Source: Paramecium tetraurelia
Taxonomy: Eukaryota
Length of the DNA: 64,000 nt
Direction: 5' to 3'
Assembly (NCBI GenBank): GCA_000165425.1
Contig: CT868618.1
Span: forward strand, 265,827-329,826
Shown: positions 14,093 through 27,573 of the stretch, in pieces
Layout: every line of letters begins with the position of its first letter
Numbering within the stretch: position 1 is the stretch's first letter
Program-made: the position numbers and the translations under genes
Notes under the pieces: generated by a model
What the model was told of the DNA's origin: nothing
The model's input: only the letters and a program-made list of their open reading frames with translations
Databases searched by the model: none

Positions 14093-14430
14093 ATGTCTAC
14101 TGAGCAATAGCAAACAAAATTACATAGACTGCAAAACTACTATCATTAATTTGAAAAGGGTGAAATCACTGGAACTCAATTGAAATCTCAATTACAAACT
14201 AATTTAAAAATCAGATGGAATCCAAATTTAGAGAACATGATCCATCAAGTTGATCCATCATATACTGATTTTGTTAGATCAGTCAATAAAACCAACAAGT
14301 ATGTGCCAAAATAGACAACTACTCAATTGACCGAATAAATCAATTACCCAAAGAAAATAAGAACTGAACATATGTATTTTATAAATTTAATTAAAATAGA
14401 GGCCATGCGGATTTACTTAAGTGGGATTGA
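14093..14430 (+). CDS. Small hypothetical protein (~103 aa)
   Basis: Code-6 ORF MSTEQQQTKLHRLQ...GHADLLKWD* with one 26-nt intron. Confidence 0.7.
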
Positions 14431-14556
14431 TTAAAAATTATATGTATATAAAATAATACTAAGCATAATATACAATTAAGTTCCTTTAATTATAACAATT
14501 TATAATGGCAATTAACATTCTTATAGCTTATTTTTATTTCAACTTATAAAAAATAA

Positions 14557-15373
14557 ATGAAAAATCATTACATTCCAAAAAGTTCAGAAAGATATGGCAA
14601 ACTCGTTTTACCCATACGTCATTCACTTCCCGTTGGACTATTCTCTAGTTAGAATTCTCTATTCGCTTCCATTATCTCTGTAAAGAACAGGGAGGAAAAC
14701 AGTAAAAGCCAAAAAAAGAAGAATTCATAAACACATTTCGAAGCATCAACCCAAAGAGCGGTAACACCAAATAGTTAAAACAAATGCATACCATTTACAA
14801 CAAAGTATCATCTAAGTAGTCAACCACAAAAACAAAAAAAGAAATCTAATTTAATAAATAAGGAATCAATTTAATCCAAGATTTCGAATCTTATCTGTTA
14901 AAATAAAAGCGCAGATTTTAATAATATGAGTTCTTAATGCAGGGATGGAGATGAATAAGAAATAACTAAAATTTTTAATAATCTCAAATGTATTAGTCAA
15001 CAGATTAATGCAATTAAGGCTAATTAATTATCACAATAGATTTTATCACAATGGTAAAAAGTAATGACATCCAATTGTGAAAAACTAGTAGAACTAAATA
15101 AATCAAAAAAGAAATCTGAGATGGAATGTCCATAATTAATAAAAAGCAACAGTTCATCGTCCTAAATAAATGATGCCTCTGGGCTCAATCTTGAAAAATT
15201 GCTAGCTGAAGAAAGGAGAAATAGACTATTAGTAGAAGAATAGACTAGCAAAATAATATCAAGTCAGGAATCTGAAATTAAATCATATGTAAATATATAC
15301 TCTATATAATTAGATTGAGAAAATAAAATAATTAGAATAGAGATTGATCGAAAAGAATTCTTGGCAAACATGA
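14557..15373 (+). CDS. Hypothetical protein with C-terminal coiled coil
   Basis: TGA-free frame from ATG 14557, one intron at ~15289-15313, ending LEKLLAEERRNRLLVEEQ...NSWQT*. Confidence 0.7.
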
Positions 15374-15541
15374 TTATAAGAAAATATGTGTAGTATTATT
15401 TATTCCTCAATTTTATTTTATTTCAACAGATGATGGTAAAAATTTAAATCTAAATTTTGTAAAACTTATTTATTTCTTCAAAATGCATAAAAAAATTTAA
15501 TAATAAGGACTAAAAATCCCACTCAATCTTAATTCAAATAA

Positions 15542-16536
15542 AATGAAATAATAACACTAATGTGTCTTGAGAGAAATCTAAAATAAACAAACTAGAAAGT
15601 TGATATAATTTAGGTAAATACAAAATCGTTTATTTACAAGGAATTAAAGAGAAACTAATAAATATAAATGTATTAATACATTTTTCATTTTTTACTTTAC
15701 TTTGAAGGCGTTTCTAAAATGACTAATTATTTGGACTTTATCATTATGCCTAATTACAAAGAATGATCACAAACGAGAAAATACTATCATTTCAACAAAT
15801 TTAAACTAATTTCAAAGGGAGAATTGGTTGAAAAATAATAAATTTAATAAACAAGTTTATTGGTTCTAATAACAGTATGAGAAATAAATTTAAGTTGATT
15901 AAGGTTTGTATCTTAGCATTTAAAGAATTTCTAAACTCTCTTCAACTTGAGTGTTTTGAATAAAACCCTGAGTCATTATATTTGTCAACATAAGATAAAT
16001 TTTATTTGAAAAAATAAGACTCAAAAAATGAACTAACTTGAATTAAAAGCTGTTCACTCTCTGCTTAAACTAGCAAGAGAGGAAGAAACAATAACTTAGA
16101 GAGATTGGGAACCTTAATCTCCCATGCACCTTGATTAGATCTCACCTCAACCAAAAACTCTTAATTACAATAGAAGAAAAGTCAGGGTGATTCCTAATCT
16201 TCAAGGCAGACAAAGGTCTTCAGTTGAGATGAACTATGATTGTTAATAACATTCAGAATTACCATAAAAAGAAAATTCGCTTTAGTAAATTATAGAAGAG
16301 TATATGAAATAAATACGGTAAACTCAAAGATAAATAGAATCAATACACAAATAAAAATTTGATCTGAAGTCTGGTTGGATGAACTTCAGTTCAATAATTC
16401 TCGAAAACAAATAAAAATTAACTTAGAAACACAAAAGGTCTTCATTAGAATTATAATTGAAAGAAAATAATCAACAAAAAGTATAGTAACAACAATCATT
16501 CAAAAAGACGTCGCTTCAAAAAGTATTAAATAATGA
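15542..16536 (+). pseudogene. Decayed gene remnant
   Basis: Protein-like frame interrupted by in-frame TGA at 15829, 16039, 16132, 16225 and 16237. No intact ORF was found in the frames read. Confidence 0.5.
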
Positions 16537-16602
16537 ATCTTTTTTTTTACCAAAATTGAGATCAACATATCTAAAATGATTCATTTAATATTTCAAGTTT
16601 GC

Positions 16603-16905
16603 TCAATTTGTTTTCTTTTCCTCTTCCCATTATTTATTATCCAATGGACAAGTATTTTTAGTTTTGAGCCATTATCTTATGCAATGTTCATGATAGGCAT
16701 GTCCACATTTTCCTTATTAAGTAATGCAAACCTCCTTTTAATCTTTTCCTTCACATTCAATACATCTTTCCATTATATGATTTTTGCAAATAGCACAATG
16801 TTCAACTTTCAAACTCCAAGCTAATATTAAAAATGTGTATATACACCAAAATGCAACAGGGTACCATTTCTTAATCTCAAATCTTCCTTTTTCTTCTTAT
16901 TACAT
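16603..16905 (-). CDS. RBX1: RING-box protein Rbx1/Roc1
   Basis: [56 protein letters not shown]. One intron. Confidence 0.93.
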
Positions 16906-17019
16906 AAGTATTAATTATTAATAATATATTATTTAAAAATTGACTCTAAATAACACTTGAAAAATATTTCTATTATTACACTTTTTAATAATATTATTTC
17001 TAATTTATAGACTCATCAC

Positions 17020-18385
17020 TCATAATGTGTTTAATACTTTTTCTATTGTATCGAAAGCTGAATTAAGTTCTTATTCATTAATGATTAAGGGTGGGGTTAA
17101 TCTAAGAGATGATAAGATTTAAGTACCTCATAATGGTTTTGTGTGTAGGTTTGCAAAGAAGTCCTTCTTTTGCCAATCTAAGACAGAAATCCCAGGCAAC
17201 ATCCCCTTTTCCCTCTTAGAATTGAATGGCTCCCATTAATCCCCTGCTTCTAATTTGAGTGACATTATTGTATTTCTTCAAAGCAACTAATCTTTTCTCC
17301 ATCACTTTGCCTAGGTTGTTGGCATTTTCAATCATTTTTTCTTCTTATAATACTTCTAAGGCTTTAATGCACAGACTGGCTGCCAAAGGATTGCCACCAT
17401 ATGTGGATCCATGCTCTCCTGGCTTAATTTGCAACATGATCTAATCATCAGCCAAAACTGCAGATATTGGATAGAATCCTCCTGATAATGCTTTGCCCAA
17501 CAACACCATATCAGGCCTGACATTTTCCTATTGGATAATTCAAGTATTAGATACATATTCAACAGCTAACATTTTGCCAGTTCTGCCTAAACCTGTTTAG
17601 ATTTCATCTACAATCATCAACACATTGTATTTATCACATAATGATCTTACTTATTTCAAGTAATTTGAATGGGGAATTATTACTCCGTTTTCTCCTTGGA
17701 TAGCTTCAAAGAAAAAGGCAGCATAATTTGGATTAGCTTTAAACTTAGATTCAATTGCTTCAACACTATATAGAATATGCAATTTTCATTACTTGTTGTA
17801 ATCGACGAGATCAAAGTTCAAGCCACCGAATGGTCCGAATTTGTTATATCTTTCGGGATCATCACTACTACCGCATGCTGCGATAGTTCTACCCCAGAAA
17901 TTGCCATTTGCAAAGAGAACTCTTGCTTAATTTTCAGGAACCTTTTTTACATTGTATGCCCATCTTCTGGCAAATTTAACTGCTGATTCTCCTGCCTCCA
18001 CTCCTGAATTCATGAATAACACTTTATCATATTTGAATAGCTAGGTTATGTACTTCTCAGCCTCTCCTAGTTTATTGTTATAAAATCTAGTTTTTCATAT
18101 TTTATCATACGCTCTTGAAGTCAAGGTTAATTGAGAGGCTTATTGTATTAATTCTTAATAGATCTTGTCATGACAGTGACCTTGATTAACTGCTGAGTAT
18201 GCTGCTAAAAAGTCCATATACTTGTTTCCTTCTTGATCCCAAACATATATTCCTTTTCCTTTGGAAATTACAACAGGCAATGGATGATAATTATGACATC
18301 CATATTAGTTTTCTAATTGTACAAAGTATTAACTATTTTTGACCTGTGAGAATTTGGCAATCGATTTGAACATAAGATTTTTCAT
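17020..18385 (-). CDS. OAT: Ornithine aminotransferase (class III PLP-dependent), probably mitochondrial
   Basis: [66 protein letters not shown]. Short introns. Confidence 0.95.
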
Positions 18386-18444
18386 TTGATAAATTAATAC
18401 GTAATATTTTGATAATGAAAACTTCACAAATTAATTTTTAATAG

Positions 18445-20407
18445 TCATAACACATGATCTTAATTGGAATTGATGAATTTTTTCTTATCTTCAATGTACA
18501 GCGCTAATATTTCTAATCCTTGTATTGGCAAGATGGAGTTTGTGATTTCATTTGGTGGGAGTAAATAGAGGTGGCTATTTCCTACATATGCAACCCCAAT
18601 CTTATTCTTTTCTGAAAAATAATCTATGTATTCCTAAAACACGGTATTCTAATGATATGGTTAAAATCAGAACCTAAGTGGCATCGGAAGGACAGAGAAT
18701 GAATTTGAAAGCCTCGTTGGCTAACTTCTTGGCATCAGTAAAGTTTCCCTTATAATTCACTTATATTTATGGAGACATAGTTATGGGAGCCTATATTTAT
18801 TAATAGTAAATCCAATTACTTCTGATTCTTAACATTTGGCATCCACTCCAACCTTATGACTCTTGCTTCTAAACATAAATCCACTCCAAAATGTATCCCA
18901 ATCTTATCGCTACTATTATTGTGGATTAGTGTCGAAGTTTAAAAACCCATCCAGAATCTCTTGGTTTCCATTAAGATTGGTATTCAGTTTGATTTTCATA
19001 TCTTAATCTTGAGGTTGAATTTATTAGGGAAGATTAAATTATGTTGGATCTACGAATTGATGATACATCCTTCGATCTTGTTTAGGCATCATGAATTGCT
19101 ACTATTTTGGCTACTGGAACATGACTTATTAAGGGATGAAGAGTGGCTAATAGTTACACTAAAAGGGTTATGTGACTTGGGGTATCATCATCATATTATT
19201 TGGTAGTGGTTGTTATGGGATCATTTGGATTGGTTGATATTGTTGTGGTGGTTGTTGTTGTTGTTATTAGATGAGCTTCGTTGGAAGTGAGACTATTCCC
19301 ACTTCGCACTTTGAATCGCCTAAGAGGTCTACTAAATGCTATTGTAGGTAGTTTCTTATCTGGATTGCTTGTTTTGTGTCCCTGAATTATAGAAGAGTGT
19401 ATGATTTATAATTTGGATCTTGTTGAATGTGATTCCATTGGAGAGGTTGGCATTAATGATTCTGGCATATCTTTTAATTATGATTTAAAAAATTACTTCA
19501 AACAAAAACGCATGATCAACTTTTTTATTTAAATTAGGAGGAAAAAATATAAATAATAGTGATGAAAGTTTAGAATGTTACTCATTTGATAAACTAAAAT
19601 TTGTAATAAAATTTACTTATTGCCAACAATATTGTGTCTTTTTATAGGGTCAGAAAAATAAATTTTTATTTAAGTAGAAAATTATTATTAAATACTATCC
19701 ATTTCTTCATAGGCAGAAATAGCTTAATCTATCTAAATTCAAATAAAAAAAAAGTTTATACAGTAAAAAATTTTATATAACTGTTAAATATATTATGCTT
19801 ATTAGGATACAGATCAACCCTCTCTATAGGGCCAAATTATGAAAAAATCTATAATTTTCACATTCTATTACCTAGCGAATCTTCAATTCATCATAATTCT
19901 TGGATATTCCACTAACAAACAATTCTCTAACAAAAAGTTGAGTTTATATTCTTGGAGATGGCTCCAAAGGAGTAATGGGTCCATTAGTTAATACTTGTTT
20001 GTTTTTCTCCTAAGATCTGGATCGAGATCTAGACTTGCATTTAGTAAAAGCTTGTTTATCGATTTAAGGCTTCACAGTCCAATCCCCGATTCTACCATCT
20101 TGAATTGCCTTATCAGCCGCATCATTATCAGCAAAAGCAATAAAAGCATAACATGAAATATGTAAAGGTAATCCTTTAGTCAATTAACTCCTATACCTGT
20201 AGGTGTTTTTCTGATGATCCTGATGTCTAAAATGTTTCCATAAGTTTAAAAGGTTTATTGCAATTATTAGGTTGTGACATTTAAAGGTAAGTTGGCGACA
20301 TGGATTTTTTGTCTAGCAGAAATAGCTTAAGTAGGGTTTGGAACAGGTAAGGGATACTATATGAGTGGATTTTGAAATTGATGAGAAACTAAAGAATTAT
20401 TGAGCAT
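18445..20407 (-). CDS. 3xRRM + Q/P-rich linker + SPOC protein (Spen/RBM15/FPA-like)
   Basis: RRM1 KIHVANLP..YAFIAF, RRM2 LFVSGI..FSQFGPIE, degenerate RRM3, and SPOC-like WSGFMFRSKSHKVGVDA...FQEYIDYFSEKNKIGVA..LYLLPP. Seven short introns keep the frame. Confidence 0.8.
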
Positions 20408-20577
20408 AGAAATTTAAAAATATTAATATCATTTTGATATTTTATACTTCCTCTTAAATTTGTGAATTGCAAGACTCCAAAATTAAGTGTCTTAATACAA
20501 TATACGTACATCACAGACTCGATTTGTTTTTCATGAAATAACATTCCCTTTTTTATATATATATATAAATAAATTAA

Positions 20578-23500
20578 ATGAATAACAACGATGAAATTAT
20601 ATAGAAGTTGGATGTGATAGTTGCAAATTACTTAAATCAAAAGGATCATAATGGTTAACTTTTGACTGAAAAATATTCGGAGACTTACATATATTCTTTA
20701 GTTCAGAAACATTTATTTGATTATGAAGCAATTTTTACAGCATCTTAAAAATCTGTAATTGATGTCTTTGATTTTATAACTTCCCTCTTGAAAGTAAATT
20801 TACCTTCATTCAAAATAGTTTACTTCAGAACCCATTGAAGATACCTTATTCATAATTGTATAAGCCATAGATTTCTTCAAAGCAATCTGCGAAGAATATC
20901 AAACCTACACTATCAAATTTTCTGACCTTTCAAGTTATCTCTGCAAATACAATCCCAATTTGGATGAGGTATATATCCCATTTGATTTTAATAGAAGGAT
21001 GTCCCTTTACAAAACAGAACCATCACTTATCACAAATATCCTCCTTTGAAATAATTCAATAAGCCACAAAGCAGACAAGTAAGAAGCATTGATTTGGAAG
21101 CACCAACAATCCTTGGAACTTTGGGTCATTACATAAAAAGAATCAACAAAGACAAAATATACATAGACTCCCAGAAAAACCAAAATAGTTCTATTCTAAG
21201 AATGTAATATTAGGAGTCTGAACTCAAAATTCTAATCCTCCATCAATACAGTGATTTCATTAGCATTTACAATCCTGATTGCACATTGTAGAGCAGATTG
21301 AGACCCAAGGCTCAACAATTGAGAAATATCATCCACGACTTTAATTGGTCTGAAGAACAATAACGAATAGGAATTGTGTTTAAAGACGCATGGATTTGTT
21401 TCATGGATTAGAGTGACTAATTTGAATTGGAGAAGTATTTTACTACAAAGGTCGATCAACATAGGATCTACTATGTCCAAAATAAATGGATGACTGTGGG
21501 AGTTGATTCAAAGATATCAATATGGAATTTGGAAACTGAGAATAGTTGTGTTATTTCTCATGATCAAATTAAGAATGTTGTAAATATCATTGAAATAACC
21601 TATTTATAATTAGTGTGCATAGCTTGTTAGGATAAATTGACCATGTGGGACTTATGGGAATACAACAAACCCAAATTACTCTTTAAATTATAAGTCAATC
21701 ATAGCCGATTGAATAACATAGTATTCTTTTAAGAATATCACCTAATTATAACCTCTGGCTTTGACACCAAGGTTAATCTCTATCAATTGCATAAGAAATA
21801 CAACGACGGAGACTATGTTGGCTAATTGGAAGGTCATACTGCAATAGTTACTGCAATCTAGTGTGTAGAGAAATCCCCAATTGTAATAACTACTGATGAT
21901 CGATTGATTGTAAAATTATGGGATATCAGAATTATGAAATGCATACAATCTTTTGATTTAGAAATGAGACAATCTATCAATTACATCACTATAATGCAGA
22001 ATCTATCTAGTGTATGTTTTGCTACCAATCGATTAATAGTAATGGCTTTTGAAGGTCACAATAAAAATCTTTCTTAACCTAAACCTTAAAAGTAGAGGAC
22101 TTTGCACTTATTCCCTAAATAAGTGGAATTGGATGCTATAAAAAAATAATTGATTGTTTCAACCAATAGAGATATCCGAATAATCAATTTATCCAATGGA
22201 TAAACGGATACCATAATTAAGGCTATGATTGGTCAAACCGATGATATGATCAATCAATTTAAACGTATTATATGTCAATATTCAAAGCAATTCAATAGCA
22301 TAAAAAGATTGTACTTGGAACAACAAAGGGACTTATCAAAATATTCGATACATATTCTGGTGATCTTATCAAAGAATACTAAAATAATAGTAATAAAATT
22401 ACTCATCTGTCTATTGACTATCAAAACAGAATAATATCGACCTCATCACTGGATGGTTAGTTACATATCTATAAGGAGAATAATTTGAATTTTGAATCCC
22501 TAAGGAAAGCTGAAAATGTCCATAATGGCATTGATTATTGTTATGTCTCATTGTTTCATGATTTGATTATTACAGCTGGTGTTGACATTGTATGTTTATG
22601 GAATCTGGAATTCACTAAACCAGTCTCCACCATTAGAACAGAATCAGCCCCAAAAGGTGTTCATATTCTGGATGGCTAACGCATAATTATCATTGGGTGT
22701 AAGACTAATACATATTTCCTCCAATTTGACAAAAGTGAAGAATAGTACTTTTATCAGCAACTAGGATTCATCCCATAAAGTTGCTGTGCTTTCACTGATA
22801 AAAATGGTACTGTTCTATTAGGATCTAGAAGAGGCTTGATTTGTAAACTCTCATTTACCATCAATAAATGTCAGAAGGCGTAGTTTCACCCCTTCAGATA
22901 AAATTGGGAAGACTATAGCATTGGTGTCAATAATCACAAAGTAACTAGATTTGTTGTCAATACTACTCATGAACTGAAACTGGATTCATAAATAGAAGCT
23001 CACAAAAAAAGATTATCACACATAGATTTCATTTCTTTGGAAGGTGATAATGTAATAAAGGAAGGTCAGTAAAAGGTAATAACCACATCTAAAGATGGCT
23101 TTTTAAAGATCTTTGATTATCCATCCTTTGATTTAATGTGTGCATTGAATGTTAATCATGTTCTACCACTTAAATGGTCGATCACAATAGATGAACATGA
23201 AATCATGAAATTTAAAGTGGCTTTTGCATTAAAAGTAATTCATTTTATTAGGTCTCAACCTAATCTAACCATAAGTCATCTAAGAATGCTTGAACCTAAC
23301 TCAATATTTAAAAATTTACTGGGTCAAAAGAAATTCTTTAAATAAAATACAAATGAAAATAAAGTTCAATTGTTGTAAGACTTTTATGAACCAAGGGATT
23401 TGGTATTCCAAAAAGTTAAGGGATTCTATAAAAATGAATTATAAGGATTTTCCTTAAAATAAATTGAAGAAAAAAAGAAAGCTTTACTACAAGCCAAAAT

Positions 23501-24212
23501 GTTTGAAAAGGATTATAACGAATAAAACTTCTAATCAGAATAGAAACAAAATGAAGATATAGGAAATAAAGAATTTAAAAGTTGGTAGTAGTTCCTTCAT
23601 CCAAATTTCAGGAAAAATGGAGTACAAGGAGAAATTGAATAGATTGAAAGATTACATATGGTTCATCAATTCGAAAAAAGATTAGATCAAGTCTTAACTA
23701 AAGAAGATGATACAAATATTAAGCCAAATGTTTCAGGAAGGAGGTATTCAAAAACTAAATAAGAAATCTAAAACAAAAGTGCAAACAAGTCTTCAAGGTT
23801 AAGATCAACTCTTCCTTTCTTTCAATATGCTAGTGACAGAAAATTAGCATCGATTCCTGCCTCAACTGATACTTCTCAAAGATCTACTCATGTTGGGTAT
23901 GATACTATGAGAGAAGAATATTCAAAAAAGAGAATCTAAAGAGTTTAATTTTTGTCGTAAAATATTGGCCAATTGATCTCTGACTTGGATTAGAATAAAA
24001 AAAAGTAAGGGCTAGAAATAGGTGAAAACACTATGAGAAAGACTAGTGGATAAGTATTTAACTAGATTGTTAATAAATTGAATGAGAAACTCAGAGATTC
24101 AAAGTTTAAGAAATACTCTAGAAGTATGTGTAAGTAAGATCTAGAAGGAATTTTAATCGATGCTCATCTAGATTCAATGCACTCTAAACAATCCTTAAGA
24201 AAATTGCCTTGA
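20578..24212 (+). CDS. Large WD40-repeat protein (WDR49/EFCAB8-like architecture)
   Basis: WD40 motifs such as LEGHTAIVTAI..VKLWDIR, TSGFDTKVNLY, ITTSKDGFLKIFD. Several short introns. Confidence 0.82.
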
Positions 24213-24345
24213 TTTTAGAATTTATATTAATTTTAATTCATTTCTATATGTATATGATAAATCTAAAGATTATTATGTAAATAATTCTTTATTCATCTAA
24301 TATTTATAAGAAATAACACATTATTTTAAATTTATTGTTATTATA

Positions 24346-25963
24346 ATGGGATAAACCTGTTCGTGTCAACAGAAAATTGATGAGGACTAATATCTTGAAG
24401 ATTCTCAACATTAAGCCAACTAGCAAAAGCAAACTGAACTCTCTCCAAATGCAGATAAGATTGAAGGGGAAGAATAAGAATAAGAAAAAGAACAATAAAC
24501 CGTTGACATAGATCCAATACAACTGAAATCATATGAAATTGAGGATAATTGTCCATAAGGCCTTTAACCACTTTCATTTTAAGCCTAATAAGAATTCATT
24601 GATTAATTTCCTGCTATTGTGAAAAAATAACTGTAGAAACTACCAAAACTTGAAATTAGGGTGTCATTATCACCAAATTATAAAAGAATCCCTCTAATTG
24701 ATACGCCGTAATCATTATATCTTAATACTTAGTTATTAATTATAAAGTGGAGATGTTTATGTAGGATAATGGGCTGAAGGAAAACCCTTTGGTTTAGGCA
24801 AAATATATTATCTTGATCACCAAGTTTATGAAGGCCAAGTTATTGATGGAGTTCCTGATGGAGAAGGCAGAAAAATATTCAAAGATGGTTCATATTACAG
24901 TGGTATTATACATACTATAATTCAAAAGGGCAATTTAAAATAGGAGAAATAAGCGGAAAGGGTAAGTTCACAAGATTGGATGGTTTCAAATACGAAGGTG
25001 AACTCCTAAACGGTTTACCTGATGGCAATGGAATTGAAACTTGGCCAGATGAAACCACTTATTAAGGAATGTACAAATTAGGTAAAAAACATGGAAAAGG
25101 TACTTTCACGTGGGGTAATAGGAAAAATAAGAGCACAGGTAAATTAGAAACATATACTGGCTAATTTAATAATGATTTATTTTATGGATCAGGAAGATAT
25201 GAATGGTCTGATGGTAGGATCTATGATGGAGAGTGGGTCGATGGAAAAATGGAAGGGGAAGGATAGTTCATATGGCCAGGTATTTAGTTGTTTTTAATCT
25301 ATTTTAGATAAGAGAAAATACACTGGACATTATTTGAAAGATTTCAAATCTGGTTACGGTGAATTAGAATGGCCTGATGGAAAAAAATTGGCAGGTTAAT
25401 GGAGAATGGGCAAATTGAATGGAATCGTCACTCTCACTATCAAAGGTAAAGTTAAGGAAGGATAATCTGAACCGGAACCTGATAAAGTTTTTATATCAGA
25501 ATGGGAAGACGGAAAAAGAATGAGATGGGTGGATAATTTAAATCATAGTGGAATACACAGCAATATTAGTTTTATAAGGAATTTTGATGAACATTAATTT
25601 CAATAAAACACTAGCCAAATGTTACATACACAAATAAAATAAGATGATATGTAGTCATATTAATAGAATTCTGTATTAAATAATTCTAAAAACTAACAAT
25701 AACAAACAATTTTTTAATAAAATTCATATACCAAGTAACAGTAATAATAATAATAATAACAACAATAATATTAATAACAAAAATAATAATAGTAAAATCA
25801 AAATAATTAATCTATAAAATAAAATTAATATGAAGTAGCCAGCTACATTATTGAGGAGAATTAATTTTAATAGTATAGTGAAACTAAGAAATAACACTAA
25901 TCTCAAAGTATAATAGGTAAGGAGAATAATTAACAGAACTAAAAAGAAAAAATAGGTATTTGA
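24346..25963 (+). CDS. MORN-repeat protein with predicted N-terminal acylation and Q/N-rich tail
   Basis: MGQTCSC start; multiple Y.G.W..G...G.G repeats (e.g. YDGEWVDGKMEGEG); poly-Q tail encoded by TAA/CAA. Confidence 0.88.
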
Positions 25964-25999
25964 TAATAATTTATATTTATATTAAATATATACTTAACT

Positions 26000-27180
26000 A
26001 TTCTGTAGATTATGTTAATGAAAAGTGGTTATTCTTATGATCATGCTTTGGATTTTCTATTAAATAGTAGATTAATTACATTTGTTGAGTTTTTATCTTA
26101 GATCTCATTATTATTTTTATAATTTTCTTATGAATAACATATAAATTGATGAAATAATCAGGAAATGTGTAAGTTGTTATTTTTTCAGTTGGATTTTTAA
26201 GTATTTTCTTTGAATCACTATTTGTTTAAGTTTTCCTTCTCATGTTTCTTTTAAATGGCAGTAATGAATTGGATTTATGGTCATTTAATTTTGAATAAAA
26301 CTACTATACAAAAGATTTCATCACATCATCTTCAATTAAATTTATCTATTAAATTTAAGCATTAGTAGGAGTATAAATATTTTGTTGAATTAAATTCTTC
26401 AGCCAAATCAATTTTTTTATGGTTTAATTTCAAAAACGAAAGTACTTTAGTTTATTGTTTGATTTTTCTAAATCTTCTCCTAATGGAGCTTATTATTATT
26501 AGTCCATTATAAAATTAGCCTCCTTTACAATATTATGATCAGATTCTGAATTTTAAATATTCTTAAGGTTTCAAGTGTTTAATTTTTGAATAGTTTCTGA
26601 TTTCAATTTAATGTTCTCTTTGACAACGGGATCAAAATTAATATGCATCAAACCTTATCTACAGAAATACTCCACAAGAGCATAAAATTTCATTTCACCA
26701 AACTTGAAGTGTATCTTATGTTTTTATTAACTCTATCTTAGTTCTTATTACTCTTTCTAAATAATTTGTGCTAAAAACATCTAATTTTGGAGGTCTTAAA
26801 GAGTCAGCATAATTTTTGACAGCCATCATTTTTAGAGTAATACAGCGCTTTTCTTTTTCTCATATTCATTCTACTGTTTAAGGATAGCCGTTCCAACAGG
26901 TGTAAAATTTTCTTTTAATTCTGTATCAATTAAACAGGTATCGGTTGATCCGTTATGCCAAACTCTCAATTCATATTTCATAAGGAAACCATGTTACCAA
27001 GCTTTCTCGCCTAATAATCTGCCTGGCATTTTTTTCAATATTTTTTCTCCAGGTGATCCAAAAAAGGATTATATTTAATCGATCTAATTTAATGTGACTC
27101 TTCTTTGCAGAATTGTTTTCTACAAAATTTTCGAGTAGAATTCTTTTCACAGCCTTCCTCACGCAATTTAAGATACATCA
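26000..27180 (-). pseudogene. Pseudogene, possibly of a cyclic-nucleotide-binding-domain protein
   Basis: A single ~1 kb protein-like frame broken by in-frame TGA at 26826-28, 26571-73 and 26430-32. PGRLLGEKA resembles the CNBD G.FGE.AL motif. Boundaries approximate. Confidence 0.55.
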
Positions 27181-27573
27181 TTGCATTGCTGTTAAAAGAT
27201 GTATGAATACGAGTACAAATAGAAAATATATTAATGATTTATGTAATTATCTTCATTAAGAGAAAGATCAATAATGATGATAAATATACCTATACGAATT
27301 GATTATGATTACAAAGCTATTACACTCTAACGGATAATTTATATTTTCAGAAAAATTTTACTAAATAAATTCATATTTTTATATTTCAATTAATAAAAGC
27401 GATGTGCTAGGACTATAATGAATTCATATTTAGATTATGATAGAATACTAGAGATAATGTCATGATTATATACTGATATCATATTTTTTAATTTTCTAAT
27501 TTAATATAAATCTATTTAGTAATAAAAATTAATTATGATAATTTTATTATAATTATCTTTATAATTAAAATAT

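Noticed and set aside
18550..19468. Stand-alone minus-strand gene starting MPESLMPT
   Set aside because: It is an alternative frame; the region splices into the RRM-SPOC gene starting at 20407.
25660..25830. AAT/TAA microsatellite-like tract
   Set aside because: It is the coding poly-Q/N tail of the MORN protein (TAA = Gln), not a separate repeat element.
15829..26828. Selenocysteine or TGA readthrough to explain in-frame TGAs in the two broken loci
   Set aside because: There is no redox motif context or recognisable SECIS, and accompanying frameshifts point to pseudogene decay.
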